Assembly (NCBI GenBank): GCA_964434575.1 | Contig: CAYSWB010000007.1 | Span: 4,702 to 68,701 of the forward strand | From: an uncultured Candidatus Peribacteria bacterium | Lineage (GTDB): Bacteria > Patescibacteriota > Gracilibacteria > Peribacterales > Peribacteraceae | Direction: 5' to 3' | Length of the DNA: 64,000 bases | Shown: positions 26,626 through 36,898 of the stretch, one piece after another | How the letters are laid out: the number at the start of each line of letters is the position of its first letter | Numbering within the stretch: the first letter of the stretch is position 1 | Program-made: the position numbers and the translations under genes | The notes under the pieces: generated by a model | Told to the model about the DNA's origin: nothing | Databases searched by the model: none | The model's input: only the letters and a program-made list of their open reading frames with translations

Positions 26626-29004
26626 ATGCGTATTTCGATGAACTGGCTTTCGGATGTCGTCGAATGGATCGAGACCGATCCGCAGACGATCGCGGACCGG
26701 CTGACGGCCGGAACCGGCGAAGTGGACGACGTCGTCCAACAGGGAGCGCGCCTGCGCGACGTTGTCGTGGGCAAGGTGACGAACCTGCGCAAACATCCCG
26801 GAGCCGACAAGCTTTCGCTGTGCGACGTGGAGACCGAACAGGGCAAAAAGCCCATCGTTTGCGGCGGCTCGAACCTGAAAGAAGGCATGTTGGTGGCGCT
26901 GGCCCACGTGGGCGCACAGGTGCGTGCGGGAGCGGAACTGATGACGCTGAAGGCCGCGACCATCCGCGGCGAAAAGAGCGAGGGTATGATCTGCGCGTCT
27001 TCCGAGCTGGAATTGGAAGGCATGTTCACCGCAAAGAAGGAGGATGGCGCACGCCCAGTCATCGACCTGACGCCGCTGGACCTGAAAGTCGGCACTCCCC
27101 TGCGCGAGGCCCTCGCCCTCACGGACGCCGTACTGCACGTGGATAACCACGCCATCACCAACCGCCCCGATCTGTTCTCGCACGTCGGCATCGCGCGCGA
27201 GCTGGTGGCCCATGGCCTGGCCAAGTGGAAGAAAAGGAAGGAGACCCCCGCGGTGAAATTCGCCAAAGCCAAGCCGCCGTTCACGGTGCACGACGAGACG
27301 AACGGGCTCGTGCCGTACTACAACGCCGTCATGATCGACATCGACGGCCCCGGCGAGACGCCGGAGTGGATGAAGCGCCGCCTGGAGGCCGTGGGCATGC
27401 GCTCGCTGAGCCTGCCGATCGACATCACGAACTACGTGATGCTGGAACAGGGCATGCCGCTGCATGCGTTCGACGCCGGCGACTTCAAGGGCGACATCCA
27501 CGTCCGCCTGTCCAAGAAGGGAGAGAGCATGACCACGCTCGACAAAATGGAGCGTACGCTCCCCGACGGCGTGATCATCATCAGCGACAAGGAGGGCATC
27601 TTCGACCTGTTCGGCATCATGGGCGGCCTGCGCACGTCCACGCGGGACACGACCCGCCGGATCTTCCTGCAGGCGGCGATCCCCGACCCCGTCACCATCC
27701 GCCGCGCCGCCATCGGGCTGGGGCACCGCACCGACGCCGCGACCATCTACGAAAAAGGCGTCCAACCCTGCACGTCCGTGGCCGGATTGGCGCGCGCCGT
27801 GGAACTGTTCTGCACCCTGTGTCCGGGCGGCCGCGTGACGTCATCCAACGTGCGCTGGGGAACCGACAAGCCCAAGAAGGCGATCGGCATCTCCGAAGCA
27901 CGCATCGTCGGGCTGATCGGCGAGGCCGTGAAATCCAAGCAGATCCGCGAAATCCTGGAAGACCTCGGATTCACGGTGAAGGCATCCGGCAAGACGCTGG
28001 CCGTGACGCCGCCGGCCTGGCGCCAGGACGTGAAACTGCCGGCCGACATCGTGGAGGAGGTGGCCCGCGTCTACGGCTACAACAAGATCAAGCCGGTGGT
28101 TCCGTCCGCCGGCATCGTGCCGCCGCACCGCGATCGCCGCGTGCACGACCTGCGCGACAGCCTGCGCGAGAGCGGTTACTGGGAACTGCTGCACCTGGCG
28201 TTCACCAGTCCGCAACAGGTGAAGCGCTTCGCCCTCGACATGACCAAGGCGGTGGCGATCGAGAATCCCATCGGCGAGGAGGTCTCGCTCATGCGCCTGA
28301 GCCTGCTTCCCAACGTGCTGGAGACCGCCGCACGCCAGTTGCGCTCGGCCGTCGGCACGGTGAAGGTATACGAGTACGGACACGTCTACGAGAAAGGCGC
28401 CGAACGCTCCGAGGCCTGCACGGTGGTGGCCGCCAAGGAAGCGACGTCGCTGTCCGATGACCCGCTGCTGGTGGCCAAGGCCGACCTGCGCCGGGCGTGT
28501 GCCGCCATGGGCTACGACGTGGACGTCCGCCCGATGGAAGACGGCATCGCGCCGTGGATGCATCCCGGCCGCGCCGCCGAGATCGTCTGCAAAGGAAAGA
28601 AGATCGGCTCGCTGTTCGAGGTGCACCCCGCCATCTGCGCCGCCTGCGACCTGCCCGCCCGCGCCGCGGCCGCGGTCGTGGACTGGGACGCGCTGATGGT
28701 GATGGAGCCGTCCGTGGTGATCGCGAAGCCGTTGCCGCTGTTCCCGTCCGTGAGTTACGACGAGACCGTTCCGGCCAAGCCGGGCACGCGCGCGTCGTCG
28801 GTGCTGGACGGCGTGCGCGCGGTGGATCCGCTGCTGGAATCCGTGGAGATCGTGAATCTGTACCAAAACCCCGCCGACGCCTCCGACAAACGCCTCACGC
28901 TGCGCTTCGTGTACCGCTCCGCGGAACGCACGTTGCAGCAGGCCGACTCGGATGCCGCGCACGCCAAGGTGCTCGCGCACGTGAAGGCGAAGCTGGGCCT
29001 CTAA
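26626..29004 (+). CDS. pheT: phenylalanine--tRNA ligase beta subunit (792 aa)
   Basis: MRISMNWLSDVVE start. It has the tRNA-binding OB domain VVGKVTNLRKHPGADKLSLCDVE, B3_4/B5-like regions and a C-terminal FDX-ACB-like end. Confidence 0.9.
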   Translation: MRISMNWLSDVVEWIETDPQTIADRLTAGTGEVDDVVQQGARLRDVVVGKVTNLRKHPGADKLSLCDVETEQGKKPIVCGGSNLKEGMLVALAHVGAQVRAGAELMTLKAATIRGEKSEGMICASSELELEGMFTAKKEDGARPVIDLTPLDLKVGTPLREALALTDAVLHVDNHAITNRPDLFSHVGIARELVAHGLAKWKKRKETPAVKFAKAKPPFTVHDETNGLVPYYNAVMIDIDGPGETPEWMKRRLEAVGMRSLSLPIDITNYVMLEQGMPLHAFDAGDFKGDIHVRLSKKGESMTTLDKMERTLPDGVIIISDKEGIFDLFGIMGGLRTSTRDTTRRIFLQAAIPDPVTIRRAAIGLGHRTDAATIYEKGVQPCTSVAGLARAVELFCTLCPGGRVTSSNVRWGTDKPKKAIGISEARIVGLIGEAVKSKQIREILEDLGFTVKASGKTLAVTPPAWRQDVKLPADIVEEVARVYGYNKIKPVVPSAGIVPPHRDRRVHDLRDSLRESGYWELLHLAFTSPQQVKRFALDMTKAVAIENPIGEEVSLMRLSLLPNVLETAARQLRSAVGTVKVYEYGHVYEKGAERSEACTVVAAKEATSLSDDPLLVAKADLRRACAAMGYDVDVRPMEDGIAPWMHPGRAAEIVCKGKKIGSLFEVHPAICAACDLPARAAAAVVDWDALMVMEPSVVIAKPLPLFPSVSYDETVPAKPGTRASSVLDGVRAVDPLLESVEIVNLYQNPADASDKRLTLRFVYRSAERTLQQADSDAAHAKVLAHVKAKLGL

Positions 29005-29011
29005 TCCGCGC

Positions 29012-29566
29012 ATGAAGATCTACACGCGCACCGGCGACAACGGCACGACCGGACTGTTCGGCGGCGACCGCGTGTCCAAGGCGCATTTGCGGATGCACGC
29101 GTACGGCACCATCGATGAGCTGAACGCCTGCGTGAGCGTCGCGCTCAGCATGCCGGGCGCCCTGCCCGACGACCTGAAGATCCAACTGGAGCGCATCCAG
29201 GACGACCTGTTCGCGCTGGGTGCCGACCTGGCCACACCGCTGTCCAGCAAAGCCAAGATCCTGCGCACGGACCCGAAACAGGCGACGGAGCTGGAGGGGT
29301 GGATCGACATGCTGGAAAGCCGCATGGAGCCGTTGCGGCAATTCATCCACTTGAGCGGATCGCCGGCCGGCGCCGAGTTGCACCGGGCCCGCACCGTCTG
29401 CCGCCGCGCCGAGCGGTTCATCGTCGAGCTCAATGAAAAGGAGCCCATCGGCGATGGCGTGCTGCAATACGTGAACCGCTTGAGCGATTACCTGTTCGTC
29501 GCCGCGCGCTTTACCCACGGCTGGTCCGGCTCGAAAGAGCGCCCGGTCGTCATCAAGAAAGCCTGA
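29012..29566 (+). CDS. PduO-type ATP:cob(I)alamin adenosyltransferase family protein (184 aa)
   Basis: MKIYTRTGDNGTTGLFGG...GTIDELNA...RAERF pattern. Confidence 0.8.
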   Translation: MKIYTRTGDNGTTGLFGGDRVSKAHLRMHAYGTIDELNACVSVALSMPGALPDDLKIQLERIQDDLFALGADLATPLSSKAKILRTDPKQATELEGWIDMLESRMEPLRQFIHLSGSPAGAELHRARTVCRRAERFIVELNEKEPIGDGVLQYVNRLSDYLFVAARFTHGWSGSKERPVVIKKA

Positions 29567-29569
29567 CGG

Positions 29570-29872
29570 TCAGAACGACGAGAACGGCAGCGCGAAGTTG
29601 AAGTACGCCAGCGCGCCGAACGCGGCCAGCAACGGAAGGGCGATGACGACCGCAAGCAGCGGCGAGGATTTGCCGGCCGGGACCATGCTGCGGTACAGGC
29701 TGCAGCCGCCGAACACGATGCCGGCAAGCAACAGCGGAAGGTCCAACGCATGCGTGACCGCCACCAGCGGGGCCGGCAGCAAGCCGTTCTTCATCAAGAC
29801 CACTCCGGCGATCGCCAGGAATCCCAAGACGAAGAACCAGAACGCGGCCGCACGGCGAAGAACGTTGACCAT
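29570..29872 (-). CDS. small hypothetical membrane protein (100 aa)
   Basis: Three hydrophobic helices. It lies immediately downstream of rpmH. Confidence 0.5.
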   Translation of the reverse strand: MVNVLRRAAAFWFFVLGFLAIAGVVLMKNGLLPAPLVAVTHALDLPLLLAGIVFGGCSLYRSMVPAGKSSPLLAVVIALPLLAAFGALAYFNFALPFSSF

Positions 29873-29901
29873 GGGCTCATGATACAGGATTCAGCGGCGT
29901 A

Positions 29902-30045
29902 CTACTTCTTCTTTTTCTGCACGGCGAGCCGCTTGCGGCCCTGAGAGCGGCGACGCTTGAGCACCGCACGGCCATTCTTAGAGGCCATGCGCTTGAGGAA
30001 GCCATGCCGGCGGAGGCGCCGGCGCCAGCGACGTTTGCTGAGCAT
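29902..30045 (-). CDS. rpmH: 50S ribosomal protein L34 (47 aa, not in the ORF track)
   Basis: The reverse-strand translation [47 protein letters not shown] carries the L34 core HGF.KRM..K.GR.VL..RR.KGRK.L. Confidence 0.85.
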   Translation of the reverse strand: MLSKRRWRRRLRRHGFLKRMASKNGRAVLKRRRSQGRKRLAVQKKKK

Positions 30046-30081
30046 AAAGCTGGGTCAGCCTACAGAACCGTCAAGGGGCGG

Positions 30082-30807
30082 TCAAGTCCTGTCAACATCC
30101 TCATAATATGCCATCGCCCCCAGCATTTCACCGGACCGGCGCTGAATCGCCAAATACGTCTGGCGGACGTCTTCGGGCGTGTTATCCGCCGCCCAGCCCG
30201 CATCCTGACCGGTGGTGACCGGCACGATGAGCCGCGGCGCATGGCGACGATGGGTTTGATCGTACTGCGGACCCATGGCGAACCGGATCATGTTTTTGCC
30301 CAGGCAGTCGGGACCCGCCACGCCGGGGTAATCGTTATCGGCCAACTCTTTCCGGACGGCGGCGCGATGCACGCAATCCCATGGGACCCAGCTGTTGATG
30401 CGCGCGATGGCGACGTGGACTTCTTCGCGGATGGCCATGGCCCGTTGCCGCTGCGCCTCGGCGGTGATGTCCTTGTCCGGATCGATGAAGATGCAGGCGA
30501 GCTTGCGGCCGGGTGACGCAACCGACAGCGCATTCGCGTGCAGAAATTGACGCAACGCTTCGTACACGGGCCCCTGAAGGTCGCTTCCGGGCAACGCGTG
30601 ATAGGAGATTTGTCCGGCAAGCGCCGCGCGCAGGGCCGGGAAACACACCGAGCCACCCCGCCGCAGGAACGCGTCGACGACGGCGATGGAATGCTCCGAT
30701 TCGGCCTGACTGGGTGCGGATGCAACCGGCATGGCCGCGTATCGTGCTCCCGTTGCGGAGACGAGACAAGAAAAAACGATGGAAACCCATCCTCTGGACA
30801 TCGGCAA
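30082..30807 (-). CDS. hypothetical protein, possibly YqcI/YcgG family (241 aa)
   Basis: The reading frame is protein-like. The family suggestion rests only on remembered general similarity (VCFPALRAA..., C-terminal APRLIVPV). The start is uncertain (30807 or the internal MPVAS). Confidence 0.35.
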   Translation of the reverse strand: MPMSRGWVSIVFSCLVSATGARYAAMPVASAPSQAESEHSIAVVDAFLRRGGSVCFPALRAALAGQISYHALPGSDLQGPVYEALRQFLHANALSVASPGRKLACIFIDPDKDITAEAQRQRAMAIREEVHVAIARINSWVPWDCVHRAAVRKELADNDYPGVAGPDCLGKNMIRFAMGPQYDQTHRRHAPRLIVPVTTGQDAGWAADNTPEDVRQTYLAIQRRSGEMLGAMAYYEDVDRT

Positions 30808-30884
30808 GTCCGGAATGCCGACGGATGTCTCGACAGGCCGATTGTTTTAGGACTAAAATACTTCAGTTTCTTCCCCTCTTCCGC

Positions 30885-31475
30885 ATGGCCTACCCCGAAA
30901 AGCCCGCCCCGACCGACCTGCCGATCACCGACGACATCAAGCGCCGCTGGAGTCCGGTCGCCGTCGGCGACCAGAAGATGGATCAGAAAATGATCGACAC
31001 GCTGTTCGAGGCCGCCCGCTGGGCGCCCAGCTGCTACGGCGACCAGCCGTGGCGCTACGTCTACGCCACCAAAGACGACGGCGAGAAGCGTGCGGCGCTG
31101 GAAGGCCTGCTGGCACCGGGCAACGCATGGGCCAAGAACGCGTACCTGCTGATCGTGGGTTTTGCGAAAACGACGTTCAACCATAACGGCAAACCCAACG
31201 CCTACCACATGCACGACGCCGGCTGCGCCAGCGGCTACTTGGTCCTGCAGGCGACGCACATGAATCTGGTCGGCCACCAAATGGCCGGCTTCGCCGCCGA
31301 CAAGGCCAATGCGACCCTGGGCGTACCGGCCGATTTCGTACCGACGTCGATGATCGCGATCGGTTATCCCGGCGACCCCAAGGCCATGGACGAAGGATCG
31401 CAGAAGCGCGACGCCGGTCCGCGCCAAAGGAAGCCGCTCGACGAAATCGCGTTCCGGGGAAACTGGAAGGCCTAG
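30885..31475 (+). CDS. nitroreductase family protein (196 aa)
   Basis: RRWSPVAV...LFEAARWAPSCYGDQPWRYVY...DAGCASGYLVLQATHMNLVGHQMAGF is typical of the NADH oxidase/nitroreductase fold. Confidence 0.65.
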   Translation: MAYPEKPAPTDLPITDDIKRRWSPVAVGDQKMDQKMIDTLFEAARWAPSCYGDQPWRYVYATKDDGEKRAALEGLLAPGNAWAKNAYLLIVGFAKTTFNHNGKPNAYHMHDAGCASGYLVLQATHMNLVGHQMAGFAADKANATLGVPADFVPTSMIAIGYPGDPKAMDEGSQKRDAGPRQRKPLDEIAFRGNWKA

Positions 31476-31867
31476 GCTCCTTCCTTCTCACGGAACTCCT
31501 CTGGCGTGGCCACGCAACTCTGGATGCGATCGCGGAAATCCTGCAGGTGCTGCAACGCCGCGATCATCGGAATCTGCAGCTTGCCTCTCTTGCGGGGCAT
31601 GAGACCAAGCACCCTGCGGGCCTCGTCGGACAGCTCGTCGGCCGCCGCGCGCACGTCTTCGGGCTCGCGGTACTGGCCACGTTTGGCAAACTTCAGCCAC
31701 TCCTGCAGCGCGCAGACGATGCTGGCGAGAACATCTTCGATGGCGGGATCTTCCACCCCTTCCTCTTCCATGGTCGCGATCTCGCCGAGCACGAAACCCA
31801 CCTCGCTGGACAACCAGTCCATCTCGGACAGATCTTCTGCGCCGTCGTCGGAGGATTCGGGGGGCAT
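31472..31867 (-). CDS. hypothetical acidic protein (about 131 aa)
   Basis: ORF with an ATG at 31867 (MPPESSDDGAEDL). It is helical and acidic, and I recognise no family. Confidence 0.4.
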   Translation of the reverse strand: MPPESSDDGAEDLSEMDWLSSEVGFVLGEIATMEEEGVEDPAIEDVLASIVCALQEWLKFAKRGQYREPEDVRAAADELSDEARRVLGLMPRKRGKLQIPMIAALQHLQDFRDRIQSCVATPEEFREKEGA

Positions 31868-31989
31868 GGGGAAGCGGAATTGTACGCAGAACGCACGCCA
31901 GCGCAAGAAAAATGGTACTTGGGGCGTCATGGCATTCGCACAGCCGTTCGCCTACACTCCGGTTACTCCACATTTCCCACCAGTTGCGC

Positions 31990-33252
31990 ATGTATTCAGT
32001 CGATCGCCTCAAATCCAAGCTGCCCGTGCTGACCGCCCCCACCGACGGCACCGCCGCCGTGACGGTGCTCGTTTTCGCCGGAGCCGGCTCGCGCTACGAG
32101 GTGCAGGGCGACCGCGGCATCAGCCACTTCCTGGAGCACATGTTCTTCAAGGGCGGCAAGAAGTTCAAAAACGCCGCCGAAGTCAGCATCGCCATCGACT
32201 CCGTGGGCGGCGACTTCAACGCGTTCACGGGCAAGGAATACGCCGGCTACTACGTGAAAGTGGCGGCCGAGCACGTGGAGTTGGCCTGTGAAGTGCTCTC
32301 GGACATGCTGCAGAACGCCACGTTCCCGCAGGAGGAAATCGAGAAGGAGCGCGGCGTCATCATGGAGGAATACCGCATGTACCAGGACACGCCCATGTAC
32401 CAGGCGGGCTGGGACTTCGAGACGCTGTTGTACGGCGACCAGCCGCTCGGTTGGGACACCATCGGCACCGAACAAGTCATCCGATCGGTGAACCAGAAGG
32501 ACTTCCTGAAGCACAAGGACGAGCTCTACACGCCGGACAACCTGGTGCTCACGTTCGCCGGCAAAATCACGCAGAAGCAGGCCATGCAGCTGGGCGAGAA
32601 GTACTTCGGCGGCATCGGCGGCAAGAAGGCGAAGGGATTCGAAGCGGTGAAGAAGCACGACGGCAAGAAGGTCGCGCTGACCACCAAGCAGACCGAACAG
32701 GCCCACCTGGTGCTGGGCATGGAGGGCGTGGGCGCGCTGCACGCCGACCACTTCGGCCAGAAGCTGCTGAGCATCATCCTCGGCGGTTCCATGAGCTCGC
32801 GCATGTTCCTCAACATCCGCGAAGCGCGCGGCCTGTGCTATTACATTTCGACCAGCACCGACAACTACCTGGACACCGGCATCATGTCCACCCGCGCCGG
32901 CGTGGACCAGAGCCGCCTGCACGAGGCGATCACGGCCATCAAGCACGAGTACTTCCAGGCCGCCGCCAAGGGCGTGACGGACGTGGAGCTGCGCCGCGCC
33001 AAGGATTTTCTGAAAGGCAAAGTGACGCTGTCGCTGGAAGACAGCGAGGAGCGCGCGCACTTCTTCGGCAAGCAGCAACTGCTGTACCCCGAGGTCCGCG
33101 ACATTGACGAGTACTTCAAGAAGATCGAGGCCGTCGAACTGCAGTCGATCAACGCGCTGGCCGGACGCCTGCTCACCGCCGATAACCTGCGCCTGGTCGT
33201 CATCGGCAAGGAAAACGACCCGGACGGACTCGAAAAGCTGCTCGGTGCGTAA
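31990..33252 (+). CDS. M16 (pitrilysin) family zinc peptidase (420 aa)
   Basis: Inverted zinc motif HFLEH (HxxEH) in GISHFLEHMFFKG, with a downstream E in the EY region. Confidence 0.8.
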   Translation: MYSVDRLKSKLPVLTAPTDGTAAVTVLVFAGAGSRYEVQGDRGISHFLEHMFFKGGKKFKNAAEVSIAIDSVGGDFNAFTGKEYAGYYVKVAAEHVELACEVLSDMLQNATFPQEEIEKERGVIMEEYRMYQDTPMYQAGWDFETLLYGDQPLGWDTIGTEQVIRSVNQKDFLKHKDELYTPDNLVLTFAGKITQKQAMQLGEKYFGGIGGKKAKGFEAVKKHDGKKVALTTKQTEQAHLVLGMEGVGALHADHFGQKLLSIILGGSMSSRMFLNIREARGLCYYISTSTDNYLDTGIMSTRAGVDQSRLHEAITAIKHEYFQAAAKGVTDVELRRAKDFLKGKVTLSLEDSEERAHFFGKQQLLYPEVRDIDEYFKKIEAVELQSINALAGRLLTADNLRLVVIGKENDPDGLEKLLGA

Positions 33253-33256
33253 ACGC

Positions 33257-33655
33257 ATGGACCGCTCCAAGCTCCTGCTCTGCCTGCCGCCGGTCCTCAT
33301 GGACTTGGTCGACGCGGGACTGACGCTGGCGCTGCAGCCGGCCGAATACTGGCAATCGCACGCGGCGGCAAACGAGGCATCGCCGCTCTGGGCGCTGTTT
33401 CTGACCACCGGCCCGGCCGCGTTTGCCGCGAGCGTCGCGGCATATCTGGCGTTGGTCTGCGCATGCATCGTATTGGCGCCGAAGCGCGTTTCGCTGATGA
33501 TTTCGGTGGTCGTCTGCCTCTGGCACGTCGCCGGCGCATGGAGCTGGACGAATCATTTCGGCGCGGCCGGATACTGGGGCGGCACGGTGTTCATCGCGCT
33601 CTTCGGCGTCGCCATGGTGAAGATTTGGGAGGCCGCGGGCTGGAAGATGCGCTGA
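33257..33655 (+). CDS. hypothetical membrane protein (132 aa)
   Basis: Four hydrophobic helices. It starts 2 nt after the M16 stop. Confidence 0.5.
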   Translation: MDRSKLLLCLPPVLMDLVDAGLTLALQPAEYWQSHAAANEASPLWALFLTTGPAAFAASVAAYLALVCACIVLAPKRVSLMISVVVCLWHVAGAWSWTNHFGAAGYWGGTVFIALFGVAMVKIWEAAGWKMR

Positions 33656-33730
33656 CAAGCGGGGCTTACATGTGGATTGCCAGATCGCCGTTTGTCCGGT
33701 AAACATGACCCAATCTCCCCTCCCGCCCCC

Positions 33731-34153
33731 ATGGCCGAACGCACTCTCATCCTCCTGAAGCCCGACGCCGTCGCAGGCAAGTTCTGCGGCAAAGTCATCA
33801 CCCGTTTCGAAGACGCCGGGTGGAAAATCGTCGGCTGCAAAATGATCCAGCTGACCCCCGCCATGCTCCGCGAGCACTACGCGCACGTCGCCGACAAGCC
33901 GTTCTACCCGGAGATCGAGGAATTCATGAAGTCCGTCCCCGTCATCGGCCTGGTGCTGGAGGGCGCGGGCATCATCGAGAAGATGCGCGACATGCTGGGA
34001 GTCACCGACAGCCGCAAAGCCGCCAAGGGCACCATCCGCGCCGAACTCGGCAAGGACGTGATGATCAACGTGGCCCACGCCAGCGACAGCGCCGCCACCG
34101 CCGAGGTGGAAGTGAAGCGCTTCTTCAAGCCCGAAGAGCTGTTCGTCTACTAA
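33731..34153 (+). CDS. ndk: nucleoside-diphosphate kinase (140 aa)
   Basis: ERTLILLKPDAV...GTIRAELG...NVAHASDS (catalytic His). Confidence 0.9.
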   Translation: MAERTLILLKPDAVAGKFCGKVITRFEDAGWKIVGCKMIQLTPAMLREHYAHVADKPFYPEIEEFMKSVPVIGLVLEGAGIIEKMRDMLGVTDSRKAAKGTIRAELGKDVMINVAHASDSAATAEVEVKRFFKPEELFVY

Positions 34154-34192
34154 CAACGCAAACAACGCGGATACCGTGCCCGACGGGTGCGG

Positions 34193-35488
34193 CTATTTCG
34201 CGGTCTTCACCGCGCCCGTGCCGTAGGCGGCGGTGATGTCCTGCTTGTCGGTGACCCACTCCACGGCCACGTCCAGCTGCGGGTCTTTGCCGGCCTGGTA
34301 TTGCTCGAGCGTGCGGTCCACGTGCAGCTCCGGCGTGATGCCCTTCTTGCCGATATCGGTGCCGCTCGGCGTCAGCCAGCGGGCGGTGGTCACGCGCAGG
34401 CTGGAGCCGCCCGGCAGATCCACGATCTCCTGCACGGTGCCTTTGCCGAAGCTCTGCACGCCGACGATCTTCGCGCGCTTGTGGTCCTGCAGCGCGCCGG
34501 CAACGATTTCGGAAGCGCTGGCCGAACCGCCGTTGATGATGACGGCCACCGGCAGTTTGCCGGGCACCAGCACGCCGCCCTTCACGAAGTGTTCTTCGGT
34601 CAGGCCGCCGCGGCGCTCCACGGACACCACCTTGCCGTCGCCGACGAACATGGACACCAGGTCCACCGCACCCTCCAGGTAGCCGCCGCCGTTGAAGCGG
34701 AGGTCCAGGACCAAGCCCTTGGCGTCGGCGAGCGGGAGCTCGGTGAGCGCCTTGCGAAGCTCGGCGATGGAATCCGTGCCGAATTGGTTCAGCGACACGT
34801 ACGCGACGGAACCGCTGGCGCTCTTGATGACGCGCGATTCGACGCTCGGGACATGGATGGCGTCGCGCGTGAGCGTGACGGTCGTGCTCTGGCGCGCTTT
34901 GTCATGCAGGATCGTGAGCGTGACGTTCGTGCCTTTCTTGCCGCGGATCTTGGACACGACTTCGTCCAGCTGCATGCCGCTCACCTCGACGCCGTCGACG
35001 CTCAGGATGATGTCGCGCGGCAGCATGCCGGCCTTCTCCGCCGGCGAGCCTTTCAGTGGGGCGACGACGATGACCTGGCCGTTCTGCATTTCCAGCTGGG
35101 CGCCGATGCCCTCCAGCGTGCCCGAAAGCGCGTCCTGGAACTGCTTGCTGTCGCTGGGCGTCATGAACACGGTGTACGGGTCCCCCACGGCATCCACCAT
35201 GCCGCCGACCGCGCCGAAGACCATGGTGTTCACCTTCAGCTGGTCCGGCTCGATGTAATTTTTGCTCAGCAGCCGCCACACGCTCCACATCAGGGTGATG
35301 TCCACCTCTTTCTCCGGGTCCGACGCCACGGTCTTGCCGCTGCCGGTCGCGCCCGAAAACAATTCCGCGATGCGGTCGTGTTCCGCGCTCAGGCGCTGCT
35401 GTTCGGCGCGCATGCCCAGCTGCCAGCCCAGGGCCAACATGATGAGCGGCAACAGTACAGCCGAAAAAATACGGAGCGAACGTGTCAT
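34193..35488 (-). CDS. carboxy-terminal processing (S41) protease with PDZ domain (about 431 aa)
   Basis: PDZ domain (GSPAEKAGMLPRDIILSVDG) and S41 core (LDLRFNGGGY, INGGSASASEI catalytic Ser, FGKGTVQ Lys). In-frame alternative ATGs lie at 35497, 35506 and 35524. Confidence 0.85.
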   Translation of the reverse strand: MTRSLRIFSAVLLPLIMLALGWQLGMRAEQQRLSAEHDRIAELFSGATGSGKTVASDPEKEVDITLMWSVWRLLSKNYIEPDQLKVNTMVFGAVGGMVDAVGDPYTVFMTPSDSKQFQDALSGTLEGIGAQLEMQNGQVIVVAPLKGSPAEKAGMLPRDIILSVDGVEVSGMQLDEVVSKIRGKKGTNVTLTILHDKARQSTTVTLTRDAIHVPSVESRVIKSASGSVAYVSLNQFGTDSIAELRKALTELPLADAKGLVLDLRFNGGGYLEGAVDLVSMFVGDGKVVSVERRGGLTEEHFVKGGVLVPGKLPVAVIINGGSASASEIVAGALQDHKRAKIVGVQSFGKGTVQEIVDLPGGSSLRVTTARWLTPSGTDIGKKGITPELHVDRTLEQYQAGKDPQLDVAVEWVTDKQDITAAYGTGAVKTAK

Positions 35489-35563
35489 GGAGGTCATGAT
35501 CGGCATCCCGCGAAATCCGGTCATCCGATCGTGGAGCGAAGCATACTGGAATATACTGCGGCC

Positions 35564-36193
35564 ATGCCAGCGAAACGCGTTGCAAAAAAGACCACCTCCG
35601 TGAAAAAGACGAAAGCCGCCAAACGGCCCGCCAAGACCGCCGTACCGCGCGTGGACGCGTCCATGAACGTCATGGACATCATCGCGTTGCATCCCGGCGC
35701 GGCCGAGGTGATGTCGGCGTACGGACTGCACTGCGTGGGCTGCGCTTTCAACACGCTCGATTCGCTCGGCGACGGCGCCAAAAGCCACGGCCTCACCGAC
35801 CACGACGTGAACATGATCGTTGCGGACTTGAACGAACTGCTCGCATCGTCGAAGCCCCGCCCCTCCACGCTGACGATCACCGCCGACGCGGCGCGCGCGC
35901 TGCTGAAGGTCGCCGAGGGCGAGGACAAAAAAGGATACGGCCTGCGCGTGGACACCGACGAACGGGGCGCGTTCTGCATGGAGTTCGAGAAGGAGGCCAA
36001 GAAAGACGACTTGAAGTTCAGGAACGCCGAGGTGCCTGAACTGACGTTCTTCGCCTCGCCGCTGACGCTGTGGCGCATCGGCGGATCGACGATCGACTAC
36101 CGGGAAGGGCGCTTCAAGTTGGATATGGCTTCCGAACCTTGTGGTTGCGGAAAAACAACATGCGGCTGCGGCGGCTCATGCGGGAAAAATTGA
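35564..36193 (+). CDS. DUF1858 (redox-disulfide) domain fused to HesB/IscA-like Fe-S carrier domain (209 aa)
   Basis: Lys-rich N-tail, then HPGAAEVMSAYGLHCVGCAFN (DUF1858 CxxC). An IscA-like body follows, with FCMEF Cys and a C-terminal CGCGKTTCGCGGSCG. TATACT lies 6 nt upstream of the ATG. Confidence 0.65.
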   Translation: MPAKRVAKKTTSVKKTKAAKRPAKTAVPRVDASMNVMDIIALHPGAAEVMSAYGLHCVGCAFNTLDSLGDGAKSHGLTDHDVNMIVADLNELLASSKPRPSTLTITADAARALLKVAEGEDKKGYGLRVDTDERGAFCMEFEKEAKKDDLKFRNAEVPELTFFASPLTLWRIGGSTIDYREGRFKLDMASEPCGCGKTTCGCGGSCGKN

Positions 36194-36223
36194 CGGAAGA
36201 GCATTTCATGTCACGATGACATC

Positions 36224-36871
36224 GTGCCGCTTGCAGACCTCCGCCAACGAAGAATCGCCGATCTGCTGGAAAACATACGCCAGCCGGAAGATCAGTTGCG
36301 GTACGTGGACCACGTCATCCAGGTATACGGCTTCATGACGCTCGGACACATTCAAAAATTGGTCGGTGAAACCATCGGCGGCCGCGACGCCGACTGCGGC
36401 AGCGCGCACGAGCTCACCGCCACGCCGACTACGGCATGCCGCATGCACTTCCGCAGTAACCGCTGCCACCACCAACTGGAAGTGAGCACCGGCCACGTGA
36501 CCGCGGGCGGCATCTATTACACGGCTGTCGCGGCGCTGGACACGCTGCCGCGCGTCGCGGTGGATGCCCGGGGCGAACCGGTTACGCTGAAACGTATCGT
36601 GCACAACACTCGAAAAATCTACGATTTGGACACGCCGGCCTACCGTGCCTACGCGCCATTCCGTGACCCGGAGGCGCCGCCAATCCCGCTGCCATTGCTG
36701 CAGTTGCACCCCACAGTGCACGCAGCCGTCACGGCCGCGGACGTGGGTCGCGCCCTGGACCGACTGAAAGATCCCACGGGTCAGGATATGGACCTGATCA
36801 AACAGGCGCTTGGACGTGCGCTCGAAGACTTGCTCGGTCCGCTGCCGGACGAACCGAAGCCGCTGCCGTAA
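36224..36871 (+). CDS. hypothetical protein (215 aa)
   Basis: GTG-start ORF with protein-like composition. The long minus-strand ORF opposite it runs antisense through the RNase H gene and is rejected. Confidence 0.45.
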   Translation: MPLADLRQRRIADLLENIRQPEDQLRYVDHVIQVYGFMTLGHIQKLVGETIGGRDADCGSAHELTATPTTACRMHFRSNRCHHQLEVSTGHVTAGGIYYTAVAALDTLPRVAVDARGEPVTLKRIVHNTRKIYDLDTPAYRAYAPFRDPEAPPIPLPLLQLHPTVHAAVTAADVGRALDRLKDPTGQDMDLIKQALGRALEDLLGPLPDEPKPLP

Positions 36872-36898
36872 CGGCGTCTTTGGAGTACACTGGGCTCC

